64,000 bases of DNA, taken from an uncultured Gammaproteobacteria bacterium. Its GTDB lineage: Bacteria > Patescibacteriota > Patescibacteriia > UBA2591 > CAYTBZ01. The notes beneath the pieces were generated by a model. That model was given only the letters and a program-made list of their open reading frames with translations. It was not told the origin of the DNA and ran no database searches. Shown piece after piece: positions 47,917-57,724 of this stretch (positions are counted from its first letter, which is position 1; every line of letters starts with the position of its first letter). Location of the stretch: NCBI GenBank assembly GCA_964436275.1, contig CAYTBZ010000002.1, positions 13,660-77,659 on the forward strand, in the 5' to 3' direction. The position numbers and the translations under genes are program-made.

Positions 47917-50235
47917 ATGATGTTTGAAAAGGGTTATCATCACCCCTGGGTTCAACCAGAGTCTTCCAAAGAAGAAAAAGGAGAGAAGAAAAGAGAAGAA
48001 GAAAAAAACAAAAAAGAGGAGGATAGTTTAGATTTTGTCTATAAAGAATTAGAGAGATTAGTTAAAGATAATAGATTAAAGACAGAAAGAGAAGATTTAG
48101 AAAAGAGAACCGGCTTTAAAGCCGAAGATATTTTAGAAAACTTAAAATTATTAAAAGAAAATCCTTCTAAAGAAAAATTGAAGGATATTTCTTTTTTAGA
48201 ATCGTTTAATTTTTTAAATAACCTTCTTTTTATAAGGGAAAATCAAATAAAGACATTAGAAAGAATAGGCGTGGTTTCTAAGATTGATGAAAAGGCATTA
48301 AAAAAATTTCCTCTGCTTAAGAAATATTTGGCTGATTTTCCTAAAATTAAAGAAAAACTTATAGGACAATTAGAGAGTCGCGAGATAAAAATAGAAGAAG
48401 ATGAATCTTTTGAAGAAGTTTTGAAAAAGTTTCCTGAATTAAGACAAGAAATTAAAAAATCATCGGATTTTCAGGAATTGTTAAATATGCCTGTTGGGTT
48501 AAAGCATAATTTAATAGAATTTTTAAAATATAAATTAGAATTGTCAAAATTCTTTAGATTTAAAATAAGAACCAAAAAACTTAGAGAATCTTTAGAGGCG
48601 TTAGAAAAGAAAGCCGGGCTGGATAAAGTTTCTCTTTCAGAAGAATATATAAAAGAATATGAGAAAAAATTAAAAGAAAAGATTGAGAAAAAATCAGCAT
48701 TAATTAAAGAAAAGGAAAAAGAAGAGATAAAGAAAATGGAAGAAACATTAGAGGAAATGAGAAGGATAGAAAAAGAAGGGTTGAGCGAAGAGGAAATTTA
48801 TAAAGTTCTTGAAAGTTTGAGAGAAAAAGAAAAAGAAGAAGAAATCAAAAATCAAAAAAGAAAGGAAGAGCCGGGTTTTAAATGGTCTAAAACTGAAGAA
48901 GGAATTAAAGAAAAGGAAAAAGAAGAAATAAAGAAAATGGAAGAAGCGTTAGGGGAAATGATAAGGAAAGAAAGAAAGGAAATCAAAAGTAAAAAAAGAA
49001 AAGAAGAGGCAGGTTTTAAATTGCCTAAGAAAACTCGTTTTTATCCAAAAAGGAAAGGAAGGGGAGTGAAAACAAGAGAAAATTTAGATTCTCTATATCA
49101 AGAAGAAAATCGGACAAAAAAATTTGAAGCAATTCTAAACAAAGAGAAAATAGAATTTGCCTTGCAGCAAGTTTCTTATGATAAAAAGAAAAAGATTTCC
49201 TATACCAATCTTGACGGTCGCTGTGTTTTAGGAATGCTTAAAAGGGCAAATATAGATATTAGTTCCTTAAAATTTTTACCCCCAGAAGAAATAAAAAACA
49301 AAAAAATTCTTAGTTCAGAATTAGTTTATCAAAAATTGATAGAACTTGGTTATTTATCTAAAGAAAAAGTATTAGATAAAATTATTGACTTGGTTAAGAA
49401 AATCAAAAATGAGAGTTACCCTTATTTTAAAAAACCAGAATTTTGGCAGAATAGTTATCGGACAATTTTGGGCTTAGAGAGATTTATAAAATTTGATGAT
49501 TTATATAAATTTTTTCAAGAAGGAAAAAAGGAAACGGACATCCTCTCTGAAGAAGAATTAAAGAAATTCCATCTACTAAAAGCAAGTCGAGAACAGAAGA
49601 AAAATATTGAACATAATGAGAAAGAATTAGAAAAAATTAAGAAAAATGGTTTTCTTGTTCCTACTCGTTTTGGTGATGTCATCATTGATTTGGGAGGGAA
49701 ATTAAGAGGAGGGCAAATAATGGCTAGGGCTTATGGATATGGCGGATACTGCCTTTATAATCCTCGAAATCAGAGTTATTTTATTCGGATATTTAATAAA
49801 GAAATTGATTTTAAATTAAAGCAAGGTAATTTAATTAAAGAAAAAGGTATTTTAATGAAAGCACCGGATGGAAAGAGATTGAAAGTAAAACTAAGAGATA
49901 TCATTGAAAAATTAACCAGTAAAAAATACGAACCAGAAAAAGAGTTAAAAAAATATTTAGAAGAAGAGAAAAAATTAGATGATTATCTTCAAAAAGAAGA
50001 GAAGAGAATTTATGATATTTCTTCTAATGCGATAAAAAAAGAGAAAACAAAAGATATTTATAAAATAATGGGTATTGTTGACCATTTAGGAAATTCAAAA
50101 GTTGCCTATCTTTTGGAAGGTGAGGAAATAAAAAAGGATATGCTTTATCAAGTAAAAATTGTCTATGATTCCGCTCCGGGTAAAGATAAAGGGTATTGGG
50201 TTTTGGAAATTATAGGTTCAAAAGAAATTAAATGA
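47917..50235 (+). CDS. Large E/K-rich hypothetical protein with internal duplication
   Basis: 772-aa ORF; coiled-coil N-half, globular C-half. Confidence 0.75.
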   Translation: MMFEKGYHHPWVQPESSKEEKGEKKREEEKNKKEEDSLDFVYKELERLVKDNRLKTEREDLEKRTGFKAEDILENLKLLKENPSKEKLKDISFLESFNFLNNLLFIRENQIKTLERIGVVSKIDEKALKKFPLLKKYLADFPKIKEKLIGQLESREIKIEEDESFEEVLKKFPELRQEIKKSSDFQELLNMPVGLKHNLIEFLKYKLELSKFFRFKIRTKKLRESLEALEKKAGLDKVSLSEEYIKEYEKKLKEKIEKKSALIKEKEKEEIKKMEETLEEMRRIEKEGLSEEEIYKVLESLREKEKEEEIKNQKRKEEPGFKWSKTEEGIKEKEKEEIKKMEEALGEMIRKERKEIKSKKRKEEAGFKLPKKTRFYPKRKGRGVKTRENLDSLYQEENRTKKFEAILNKEKIEFALQQVSYDKKKKISYTNLDGRCVLGMLKRANIDISSLKFLPPEEIKNKKILSSELVYQKLIELGYLSKEKVLDKIIDLVKKIKNESYPYFKKPEFWQNSYRTILGLERFIKFDDLYKFFQEGKKETDILSEEELKKFHLLKASREQKKNIEHNEKELEKIKKNGFLVPTRFGDVIIDLGGKLRGGQIMARAYGYGGYCLYNPRNQSYFIRIFNKEIDFKLKQGNLIKEKGILMKAPDGKRLKVKLRDIIEKLTSKKYEPEKELKKYLEEEKKLDDYLQKEEKRIYDISSNAIKKEKTKDIYKIMGIVDHLGNSKVAYLLEGEEIKKDMLYQVKIVYDSAPGKDKGYWVLEIIGSKEIK
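48702..48961 (+). repeat. 59-bp direct repeat (48702-48760 / 48903-48961, 4 mismatches)
   Basis: Encodes IKEKEKEEIKKMEE(T/A)L(E/G)EM twice. Confidence 0.85.
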
Positions 50236-51401
50236 TAAAAATAAGAACAATAGAAAAAGAAAAAAATTTGTTCGGAAAGACAGTTATTCTTCGCAATGAC
50301 TTTAATCTTCCCTTAAAAAGCGGGCGAATAGTTAGTAATTATAAAATTATCAGGTCTTTAAAGACATTTAATTTTTTATTAAAGAAAAAGACAAAGATAA
50401 TTAGCATAAGCCATTTAGGGCGGCCTCAGGGAAAAAGGGTAGATAAATTAAGTTTAAAGCCGGTTGCTAAAGAATTAAGTCGTTGCTTAAAAAGAAAAGT
50501 TTATTTTATTAATGATTGTTTAGGAGATAAAGTTTTTCAACGGGTGAATCATTTAAAAAGGGGAGACATTTTAGTTCTGGAAAATCTTCGTTTTTATCCA
50601 GGAGAAGAAAAAAATAATAAAATCTTTTCTCGTCAATTGGCTTCTTTGGGCGAAATTTATGTTAATGATGCTTTTGCTGTATCTCATCGTTCTCATGCCT
50701 CTGTAGTCGGGATTACTAAATATCTTCCAAGTTTTGCCGGATTTCTTTTAAAAGAAGAAATTGATAATCTTTCAAAAATTCTTAGACCAAAACATTTTGC
50801 CTTAGCTATTATTGGTGGAGCGAAGATATCTACCAAAATTAAAGTTATTCAAAATTTAGCCAAAAAATTTGATGAAATTTTATTAGGCGGTGCTTTAGCT
50901 AATAATATTTTTTTTGACCGAGGATATTCTATTGGTCGTTCTTTAGTTGAAAAGAATTATTCTTTTAAATTAAATAAAAAAACTTGGGGGAAAATAGTTT
51001 TACCTAAAGATGTTTGGGTGTTAGATAAAAATAGCCATAAGGTTAAGAGAAGAATAGAGGAGGTTAAAGAGAAAGATGTAATCTTAGATATAGGCCCAGA
51101 GACAAAAGAAATTTTCAAAGGAGAAATAAGAAAGGCAAGAACCATTGTTTGGAATGGACCCTTGGGCTATTTTGAAAATAAAAAGTTTGCTCAAGGCACA
51201 AAAGAAATAATAGATGAACTTTTAAAGAACAAAAAAGCCACTGTTGTTATTGGTGGCGGAGAAACAGTGGCTGCTCTTTCTTTGTTTAATTCTTTTAAAT
51301 CAGTTATGCCCAAGCATCTTTTTGTTTCTACTGGTGGAGGAGCAATGCTTGAATTTTTAGAAGGAAAGATTTTGCCCGGTATAAAGCCACTTTGCCTTTA
51401 A
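50232..51401 (+). CDS. pgk: Phosphoglycerate kinase
   Basis: SHLGRP, LENLRF, VNDAFAVSHR, WNGPLG, STGGGA. Confidence 0.97.
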   Translation: MIKIRTIEKEKNLFGKTVILRNDFNLPLKSGRIVSNYKIIRSLKTFNFLLKKKTKIISISHLGRPQGKRVDKLSLKPVAKELSRCLKRKVYFINDCLGDKVFQRVNHLKRGDILVLENLRFYPGEEKNNKIFSRQLASLGEIYVNDAFAVSHRSHASVVGITKYLPSFAGFLLKEEIDNLSKILRPKHFALAIIGGAKISTKIKVIQNLAKKFDEILLGGALANNIFFDRGYSIGRSLVEKNYSFKLNKKTWGKIVLPKDVWVLDKNSHKVKRRIEEVKEKDVILDIGPETKEIFKGEIRKARTIVWNGPLGYFENKKFAQGTKEIIDELLKNKKATVVIGGGETVAALSLFNSFKSVMPKHLFVSTGGGAMLEFLEGKILPGIKPLCL

Positions 51402-52831
51402 TTATTTTTTTGTATTTTCTGTCCATTAGGCGTATCTTCTACTTTCCAACCTAATTCCTCTATTTTTTTTCTTAATTCATCTGATTTTTCCCATTCTTTA
51501 TTTTTTCTTGCCTCTTCTCTTTGTCGGAGAAGTTTTTTTATTTTGTTGGGAATTTTAGTTTTTTCTTTAAGTACTTTTTTGAAATTAAGACCAAGAACTT
51601 CGTCAATTTTCAAGAAGAATTTTTTTACTTCTTTAGCCGACTTTCCTTTTACTCCTAACTTATTTATCTGATGGACAAAATCAAAAATTGAACTTAAAGC
51701 AGGAGAAATATTTAAATCATCATCTAATGACTTTTCAAAATTTTCTTTTGTCTTTTTTATTATTTCTTTTACTAACTTTATCTTTGATTGGCTTTTTTCT
51801 TTTAATTTAGACCATCTCTTTATATTTTTAATAAATTCATCTAATTTTTTTATCGAAAGTTCGGCTCCTTCTAATCCTTGAAAAGTAAAATTTAATTGTT
51901 GCCGGTAATGGGTGCTTAAAAGAAGGTAACGAATAGCCCGCGGCGAATATCCTTTTTTAATAAGGTCTCTTAAAGTATAGAAATTGCCTAAAGATTTAGA
52001 CATTTTTTCTCCTTCAACAATTAAATGTTTTACATGAAGCCAATAATTTACAAATTTTTTTCCTGTGGCTCCTTCTGATTGAGCAATTTCACATTCATGA
52101 TGGGGAAATTTATTATCTTCTCCGCCAGTATGAATATCAAATGTTTCTCCTAAATATTTCATTGACATAGCTGAACATTCTAAGTGCCATCCGGGGTAAC
52201 CATGATTATTCCAGGGACTTTTCCAGAACATAATATGTTTTGGGTCATAGATCCAAAGAGCGAAATCCCAGGGATTTCTCTTTTCTGGATTAACTTCTAC
52301 TCTTTTTCCTGCCTGAAGTTTCTCCAAGGTATTTCCAGAGAGTTGGCCATAATTTTTGAATTTAGTTACATCAAAGTATACTGAACCGTTGACTACATAA
52401 GCATATCCGTTTTTTATAAGTTTTTTTACCAAAGCAATCATTTCTTTGATGTGTTCTGTTGCTCGGGGATATTTCCACGCTTTTTTGATGTTTACTCTTT
52501 TTATATCCTCAAAGAATGCTTGTTCGTAAAACCGAGCAATTTCTTTTGGGCTTTTTTTCTCTATTTTTGCTTCTTTTTCTAATTTATCCTCTCCTCTCTC
52601 AGCATCAGCAACCATATGACCTACATCAGTTATGTTCATTACCTGTTTTACTTTATATCCTTTAAATTCTAAGTATCTTCTTAATAAATCAGCAAAAAGA
52701 AAAGCCCTTAAATTGCCCAAATGAATATAATTATAAACAGTCGGTCCGCAGTTATACATACGAACCTCTTTTTTTCTAATTGGTTTAAAAATTTCTTTTT
52801 TTCTGGTAAGAGAATTAAATAATTTAAGCAT
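51398..52831 (-). CDS. cysS: Cysteine--tRNA ligase
   Basis: CGPTVY..IHLGN, PGWHLEC, FPHHE, KMSKS. Confidence 0.98.
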   Translation of the reverse strand: MLKLFNSLTRKKEIFKPIRKKEVRMYNCGPTVYNYIHLGNLRAFLFADLLRRYLEFKGYKVKQVMNITDVGHMVADAERGEDKLEKEAKIEKKSPKEIARFYEQAFFEDIKRVNIKKAWKYPRATEHIKEMIALVKKLIKNGYAYVVNGSVYFDVTKFKNYGQLSGNTLEKLQAGKRVEVNPEKRNPWDFALWIYDPKHIMFWKSPWNNHGYPGWHLECSAMSMKYLGETFDIHTGGEDNKFPHHECEIAQSEGATGKKFVNYWLHVKHLIVEGEKMSKSLGNFYTLRDLIKKGYSPRAIRYLLLSTHYRQQLNFTFQGLEGAELSIKKLDEFIKNIKRWSKLKEKSQSKIKLVKEIIKKTKENFEKSLDDDLNISPALSSIFDFVHQINKLGVKGKSAKEVKKFFLKIDEVLGLNFKKVLKEKTKIPNKIKKLLRQREEARKNKEWEKSDELRKKIEELGWKVEDTPNGQKIQKNN

Positions 52832-52842
52832 TAATAATCAAT

Positions 52843-53769
52843 TTAAATCCATCTTTTCATCTTAAAGAAGATAGCCATAACAATAGTCATTGAACTCATT
52901 ATTAAAATAATATACCAAAAACCATGAGGGTTATTTACCAAAGGAGTAACTACTGTATTCATTCCAAAAATACCGGCAACTAAAGTTAAAGGGAAGACAA
53001 TTACTGAAAAAACGGTTAGAGTTTTCATAATTTCATTTAATCTTAGAGAGACAAGCGATTCATTGGTATTGTAAAGTGCTTCAATGCTTTCTTTATAAGT
53101 TTCTAGGTCGTCCCAGATTTCTTTAAGGTGGGCAATAAGATTATGGAAATAAATATTGATTTGAGCCACAGAAAAAAATTGAGGGGCTTTTTGGAGAAGT
53201 TTTTCAATTACTCCTTTGTGCGCTTGCATTGCCCGACGAAAATTTATGATGTTACGACGAATACTTAAAACATCAATAACCGTCTCTTCGTATCTTCCGT
53301 TAAAAATTTGATTTTCTAAATCATTGATATCTAAACTAATATGATTAAGCATAGGAAAGCAATAATTAAGAAGTCGGTTGAGGATTTCGTAAATAAGAAT
53401 TCCCGGATTGCCAATCAGGTATTTTGCTCTTATTTTCTCGTCTTTACTACATAAATCAATAAATTCTTTCAAAGGCGGAAGCCTATCTTCATGAACTAAA
53501 ATAAGCGTGTTTTCATTTACAAAAATGTCTATTTCTGAGGCCTTGATTTCTTTTTTGCTTCTTTCATAAAAGGGGAATTGGAAGATCATAAAGAGATATT
53601 CTGGATGAGCAACCAATTTTGCTCTTTGAAGAGGAGGAAGACAATCTTTTAAATCAAGTTCATTAAGAAAATGGAATCTTTTTTTAAGATAATTAATCTC
53701 TTTTTTCCGAGGATTTGTTAGAATAACCCAAGTTAAATTTTTGCTTTTAATTTCTTTAATTTTTCTCAT
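52843..53769 (-). CDS. corA: CorA-family Mg2+/Co2+ transporter
   Basis: NEIMKTLT...GIFGMN signature, two C-terminal TM. Confidence 0.93.
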   Translation of the reverse strand: MRKIKEIKSKNLTWVILTNPRKKEINYLKKRFHFLNELDLKDCLPPLQRAKLVAHPEYLFMIFQFPFYERSKKEIKASEIDIFVNENTLILVHEDRLPPLKEFIDLCSKDEKIRAKYLIGNPGILIYEILNRLLNYCFPMLNHISLDINDLENQIFNGRYEETVIDVLSIRRNIINFRRAMQAHKGVIEKLLQKAPQFFSVAQINIYFHNLIAHLKEIWDDLETYKESIEALYNTNESLVSLRLNEIMKTLTVFSVIVFPLTLVAGIFGMNTVVTPLVNNPHGFWYIILIMSSMTIVMAIFFKMKRWI

Positions 53770-53898
53770 AAAAATTTATTAAATAAAATTTCTCTCAGGA
53801 TTTATTTTTATTATAACACAAAGGGAAATTAAAGAGAATAAGGGAAACTTGCTTTAAATTAGGGGATTTTGTAAGATAAAAAAGATATTAATAATATT

Positions 53899-56800
53899 AT
53901 GAGTGAATTAGAAAAAATAAATTCAGAAGTTCAATCAATTTTGGACCAGCTTAATAAAGAACAAAAAGAAGCGGTTACTCATCAGCATGGTCCTTTATTA
54001 ATTATTGCTGGTGCTGGCACAGGGAAAACAACGGTTATTACACGAAGAATCGCCTGGTTAATTTTATCTGGTTTAGCCGCTTCTGATGAGATTTTAGCAG
54101 TAACTTTTACCGACAAAGCAGCTGGTGAAATGGAGGAAAGAGTAGATAAATTACTCCCTTATGGTTATTTAGATCTATGGATTTCTACTTTTCATTCTTT
54201 TTGTGAAAGAATCCTTCATGACCACGCGATAGAAGTGGGCTTGCCAGATAATTTTAAACTTTTAAATCAAATTGATCAGGCAATGCTTATTAGAGAGAAC
54301 CTTGACCGGTTTGATTTAGATTATTATAAACCATTAGGTAATCCTACTCGTTTTATTCAATCTTTGGTAAAACATTTTTCCCGATGTAAGGATGAAATTG
54401 TAAGTCCTGAAGATTATTTTAAACTTGTTGAGAAAAAAGAACTTTCACAAGATTCCGCTCTCTCCAATGGTTTAATGAAAGAAGAAATTCTTCGTTTAAA
54501 AGAGATTGCCCGTGCTTATCACACTTATCAGCAACTTCTCTTAGAAAACAATGCTTTAGATTTTGGTGATTTAATAAATTATACTTTAAAAAAACTTTTT
54601 CGTGAAAGGCCATTAATTTTAGAAAAGTATCGTCAGAAATTTAAATATATTTTAGTAGATGAATTTCAAGATACTAATTATGCCCAATATGAATTAATTA
54701 AATTATTAAGTCAGCCAAACAATAATTTAACTGTCTGTTTTGATGATGACCAGTCAATTTATAAATTTAGAGGCGCCTCAGTAAGTAATGTTCTTCAATT
54801 TAATAAAGATTTTCCTCAGAGCAAAAAGGTTTGTTTAATTAAAAATTATCGTTCTTATCAAAACATTTTAGATTTAGCTTATAATTTTATCCAATTAAAT
54901 AACCCTAATCGTTTAGAGTGGCAATTGACAAACTCTTCATTAAAAGAAAAAATTAGCAATTTTAGCAAAAGACTTATTGCTCAAAAAGAAGGCAAGGGAG
55001 AGATTAAAGTTTTTCATTTAAAAACTCAAGAAGAAGAAGCAGAGAAAGTTGCTGAAAAAATTATTGAATTAAAAAATAAGGATAAAGAAGCTAGTTGGAA
55101 TGATTTTACCGTCTTAGTTAGGGCTAATAATTATGCTGATGTTTTTATCCAAGCATTTTCAAAAGTAGGAATTCCTTATCAATTTCTTGCCTCAGTTGGC
55201 CTTTATAAAAAACCAGTTATTTTAGATATATTAGCTTATTTAAAATTGTTGGATAATTATCACGAAAGCGCTGCCCTTTATCGAATTTTAAATTCTCCAG
55301 TTTTTGCCTTAAAGCAACAAGATTTAAGCAGTTTAAGTTATTGGGCTAATCGCAAAGGTTGGTCATTGTATGAGACCTTAGAAAAATCTAATTCTCTTCA
55401 AGGAATTTCTTCAGATGGACTTAATAAAATTAATCGTCTCTTAGGTTTAATTCAAAAGCATAGTCAGCAGGCAAGAGAAGAAAATGTTGGTCGGGTTATT
55501 CTTTCTTTTTTAGAAGATTCTGGTTATTTAAAACTACTCTCTCGAGCCGAGAGTCAGGAAATGGTTGATAATATTGACTGGCTTAATCAGTTCTTCAAAA
55601 AGGTAGAAGAATTTGAAAGAACAAGTGAAGATAAATCATTAAAAAGTTTTCAAGAAATGATTGAATTGGCTAGAGATGCTGGTGATTTAGGGACAATGAA
55701 GCCATCTTTAGCAGAAGAAGGACCGGAAACAGTGAAAATACTTACTATACATGGGGCTAAGGGATTAGAATTTAAATATGTTTTTGTTGTAAGTTTAGTT
55801 GACCGGCGTTTTCCCAGTATAGAAAGAAAGGAGCAAATTGAATTACCTGAGGAGTTGATAAAAGAAATTGTTCCTGAAGGAGATATCCATCTTCAGGAAG
55901 AAAGACGTTTGTTTTATGTAGCAATGACACGAGCTAAAGATGGTTTATTCTTTACTTGGGCTGACGATTATGGGGGCGTTCGCAAAAAAAGACCTTCTCG
56001 TTTTCTAATGGAATTGGGATTAGTTGAAAAGAAAGAAGGGGAAGAAATAAAAGAAAAAGAAGAAAAAAAAGAGAAAATTTCTTTAGTAGAAGAGTTTAGA
56101 AGAAGAAAGAGTTATTTTACTAGTCCTTGGCTTAATAACAAGGATTGGCTTTTAAAACTGCCGGCAAAATTTAGTTTTACCCAATTGAAGGCCTTTGAAA
56201 CCTGTCCTTTACAATATAAATTTCAGCATATTCTTCATATTCCTGTTAGAGGAAAATGGACCTTTAGTTTTGGTAAATCAATGCACGCTACTCTCCAAAA
56301 ATTTTTTCAGAGAATAATGGAAGCGAGTAGGAAGAAACAAGTAAATTTATTTAATGAGAAAGAAGAACAAACTACCCCTAACTCTTTAGAGAAAATACCT
56401 GTTTCTTTGGAAGAACTCTTAAAAATTTATGAGGAAAGCTGGATAGAAGATTGGTATTTAGATAAAGAACATCAGAAGAAATATCAAGATAAAGGAAGGA
56501 AAATCTTAAAGGAGTTTTATAAAAAATTGGAAAAAGAAGGTTTGCCAAAAGTAAGGTTTCTTGAATTAGGTTTTAATTTTAAATTAGGAGATTATACTAT
56601 TAAAGGAGTAATGGACAGGGTAGATGAACTTTCTCCCGGTCAGTTAGAAATTATTGATTACAAAACTGGTCAAAGTAAGGCAGGAAAGACCTTGTCTTTA
56701 GATGATAAAGAACAATTATTAATTTACCAAATGGCTGCTGAGGAAATTTTTCGGGAAAAGCCAGTAAAATTAACTTTTTATTATTTAGATGATAATAACT

Positions 56801-56961
56801 CTGTTTCTTTTTTAGGAAAAAAAGAAGAAATAGAAGCGCTTAAAAAGAAGATTATTAAAACAATTGAAGAGATAAAAAAAGGCGAGTTTTCTCCTTCTCC
56901 TAGTCCTTTTAAGTGTAAACATTGTGATTTTAAAGATATTTGTGAATTTCGAGCTATTTAA
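53899..56961 (+). CDS. UvrD/PcrA-family SF1 helicase fused to C-terminal PD-(D/E)XK nuclease with 4-Cys cluster motif
   Basis: AGAGTGKT, VDEFQD, TIHGAKGLEF, EERRLFYVAMTRA; then ETCP...GVMDRVD...IIDYKT...QLLIY...CKHCDFKDIC. Confidence 0.92.
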   Translation: MSELEKINSEVQSILDQLNKEQKEAVTHQHGPLLIIAGAGTGKTTVITRRIAWLILSGLAASDEILAVTFTDKAAGEMEERVDKLLPYGYLDLWISTFHSFCERILHDHAIEVGLPDNFKLLNQIDQAMLIRENLDRFDLDYYKPLGNPTRFIQSLVKHFSRCKDEIVSPEDYFKLVEKKELSQDSALSNGLMKEEILRLKEIARAYHTYQQLLLENNALDFGDLINYTLKKLFRERPLILEKYRQKFKYILVDEFQDTNYAQYELIKLLSQPNNNLTVCFDDDQSIYKFRGASVSNVLQFNKDFPQSKKVCLIKNYRSYQNILDLAYNFIQLNNPNRLEWQLTNSSLKEKISNFSKRLIAQKEGKGEIKVFHLKTQEEEAEKVAEKIIELKNKDKEASWNDFTVLVRANNYADVFIQAFSKVGIPYQFLASVGLYKKPVILDILAYLKLLDNYHESAALYRILNSPVFALKQQDLSSLSYWANRKGWSLYETLEKSNSLQGISSDGLNKINRLLGLIQKHSQQAREENVGRVILSFLEDSGYLKLLSRAESQEMVDNIDWLNQFFKKVEEFERTSEDKSLKSFQEMIELARDAGDLGTMKPSLAEEGPETVKILTIHGAKGLEFKYVFVVSLVDRRFPSIERKEQIELPEELIKEIVPEGDIHLQEERRLFYVAMTRAKDGLFFTWADDYGGVRKKRPSRFLMELGLVEKKEGEEIKEKEEKKEKISLVEEFRRRKSYFTSPWLNNKDWLLKLPAKFSFTQLKAFETCPLQYKFQHILHIPVRGKWTFSFGKSMHATLQKFFQRIMEASRKKQVNLFNEKEEQTTPNSLEKIPVSLEELLKIYEESWIEDWYLDKEHQKKYQDKGRKILKEFYKKLEKEGLPKVRFLELGFNFKLGDYTIKGVMDRVDELSPGQLEIIDYKTGQSKAGKTLSLDDKEQLLIYQMAAEEIFREKPVKLTFYYLDDNNSVSFLGKKEEIEALKKKIIKTIEEIKKGEFSPSPSPFKCKHCDFKDICEFRAI

Positions 56962-56971
56962 TATAAAATAA

Positions 56972-57265
56972 ATGTTTAGGTCAATAAAAGAAATTTTGCC
57001 TCGCTCTTTAAAAAGGGCGAAAATTCAGAATAAAATCCAAGCAGGTTTGGCTCTAGCTAAGTTTAGGCAAATAGTGGAGGATAATTTTGGCGCAGAAACA
57101 AAAAGTAAGTTTAAACCGCTTTACCTTAAAGACGGCTTTTTAGTTATTGCTTGTTTAGAAGATAATCTGGTTAGAAAAATAAAAAAGAGAGAGAAGGAGA
57201 TTATAAACAAAATAAATGAACAGATAAATAGCGACCTAGTTAAAAAATTAAAATTTTTAAATTGA
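56972..57265 (+). CDS. DUF721/DciA family protein
   Basis: F.SIKEIL..., LKDG.LVIA, II.KIN...LVKKLKF KH-like pattern, 97 aa. Confidence 0.7.
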   Translation: MFRSIKEILPRSLKRAKIQNKIQAGLALAKFRQIVEDNFGAETKSKFKPLYLKDGFLVIACLEDNLVRKIKKREKEIINKINEQINSDLVKKLKFLN

Positions 57266-57329
57266 GATTTTAGAAAAAATTTGTTATGATTATATAAAAT
57301 TGGATTCTTATTAAATTTAAAGAAGGTTT

Positions 57330-57719
57330 ATGAGTTTAAAGCAGTATTTAACTTTAATGAGTATAGCTTTTATTCTTTGCTGGCTTTCTTTTTTTATGGT
57401 AATTTTTTTCATAAACCCTCAGGAGGCTGGCTTTCTTGGTTTTTTTCTCTTCTATTTAAGTTTATTTCTTGCTTTAACTGATACTTTTGCTTTGGCTGGG
57501 TTTTTTCTGAGAATATGGCTTTTAGACAGGCCAATTTTTACTCAAGTAATTGTTTCTTTTCGGCAAGCGATTTGGTTTTCTCTTTTTGTTGTTTTTTGTC
57601 TCATTTTACAAAGTAAAAGATTATTGAATTTATGGGTTATTATTCTTTTAATTTTATTTCTTTCTTTTATTGAATCTCTTTTTAAACAAAGAAATCAGTT
57701 GAAAGGGAAAAAGGGTTAA
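57330..57719 (+). CDS. Hypothetical 4-TM membrane protein
   Basis: Four hydrophobic helices; INP..AG, SFRQA. Confidence 0.7.
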   Translation: MSLKQYLTLMSIAFILCWLSFFMVIFFINPQEAGFLGFFLFYLSLFLALTDTFALAGFFLRIWLLDRPIFTQVIVSFRQAIWFSLFVVFCLILQSKRLLNLWVIILLILFLSFIESLFKQRNQLKGKKG

Positions 57720-57724
57720 TTTTT

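Noticed and set aside
56160-56961. Cas4 or CRISPR adaptation gene
   Set aside because: The 4-Cys nuclease domain is fused to a UvrD helicase with no cas genes or array nearby.
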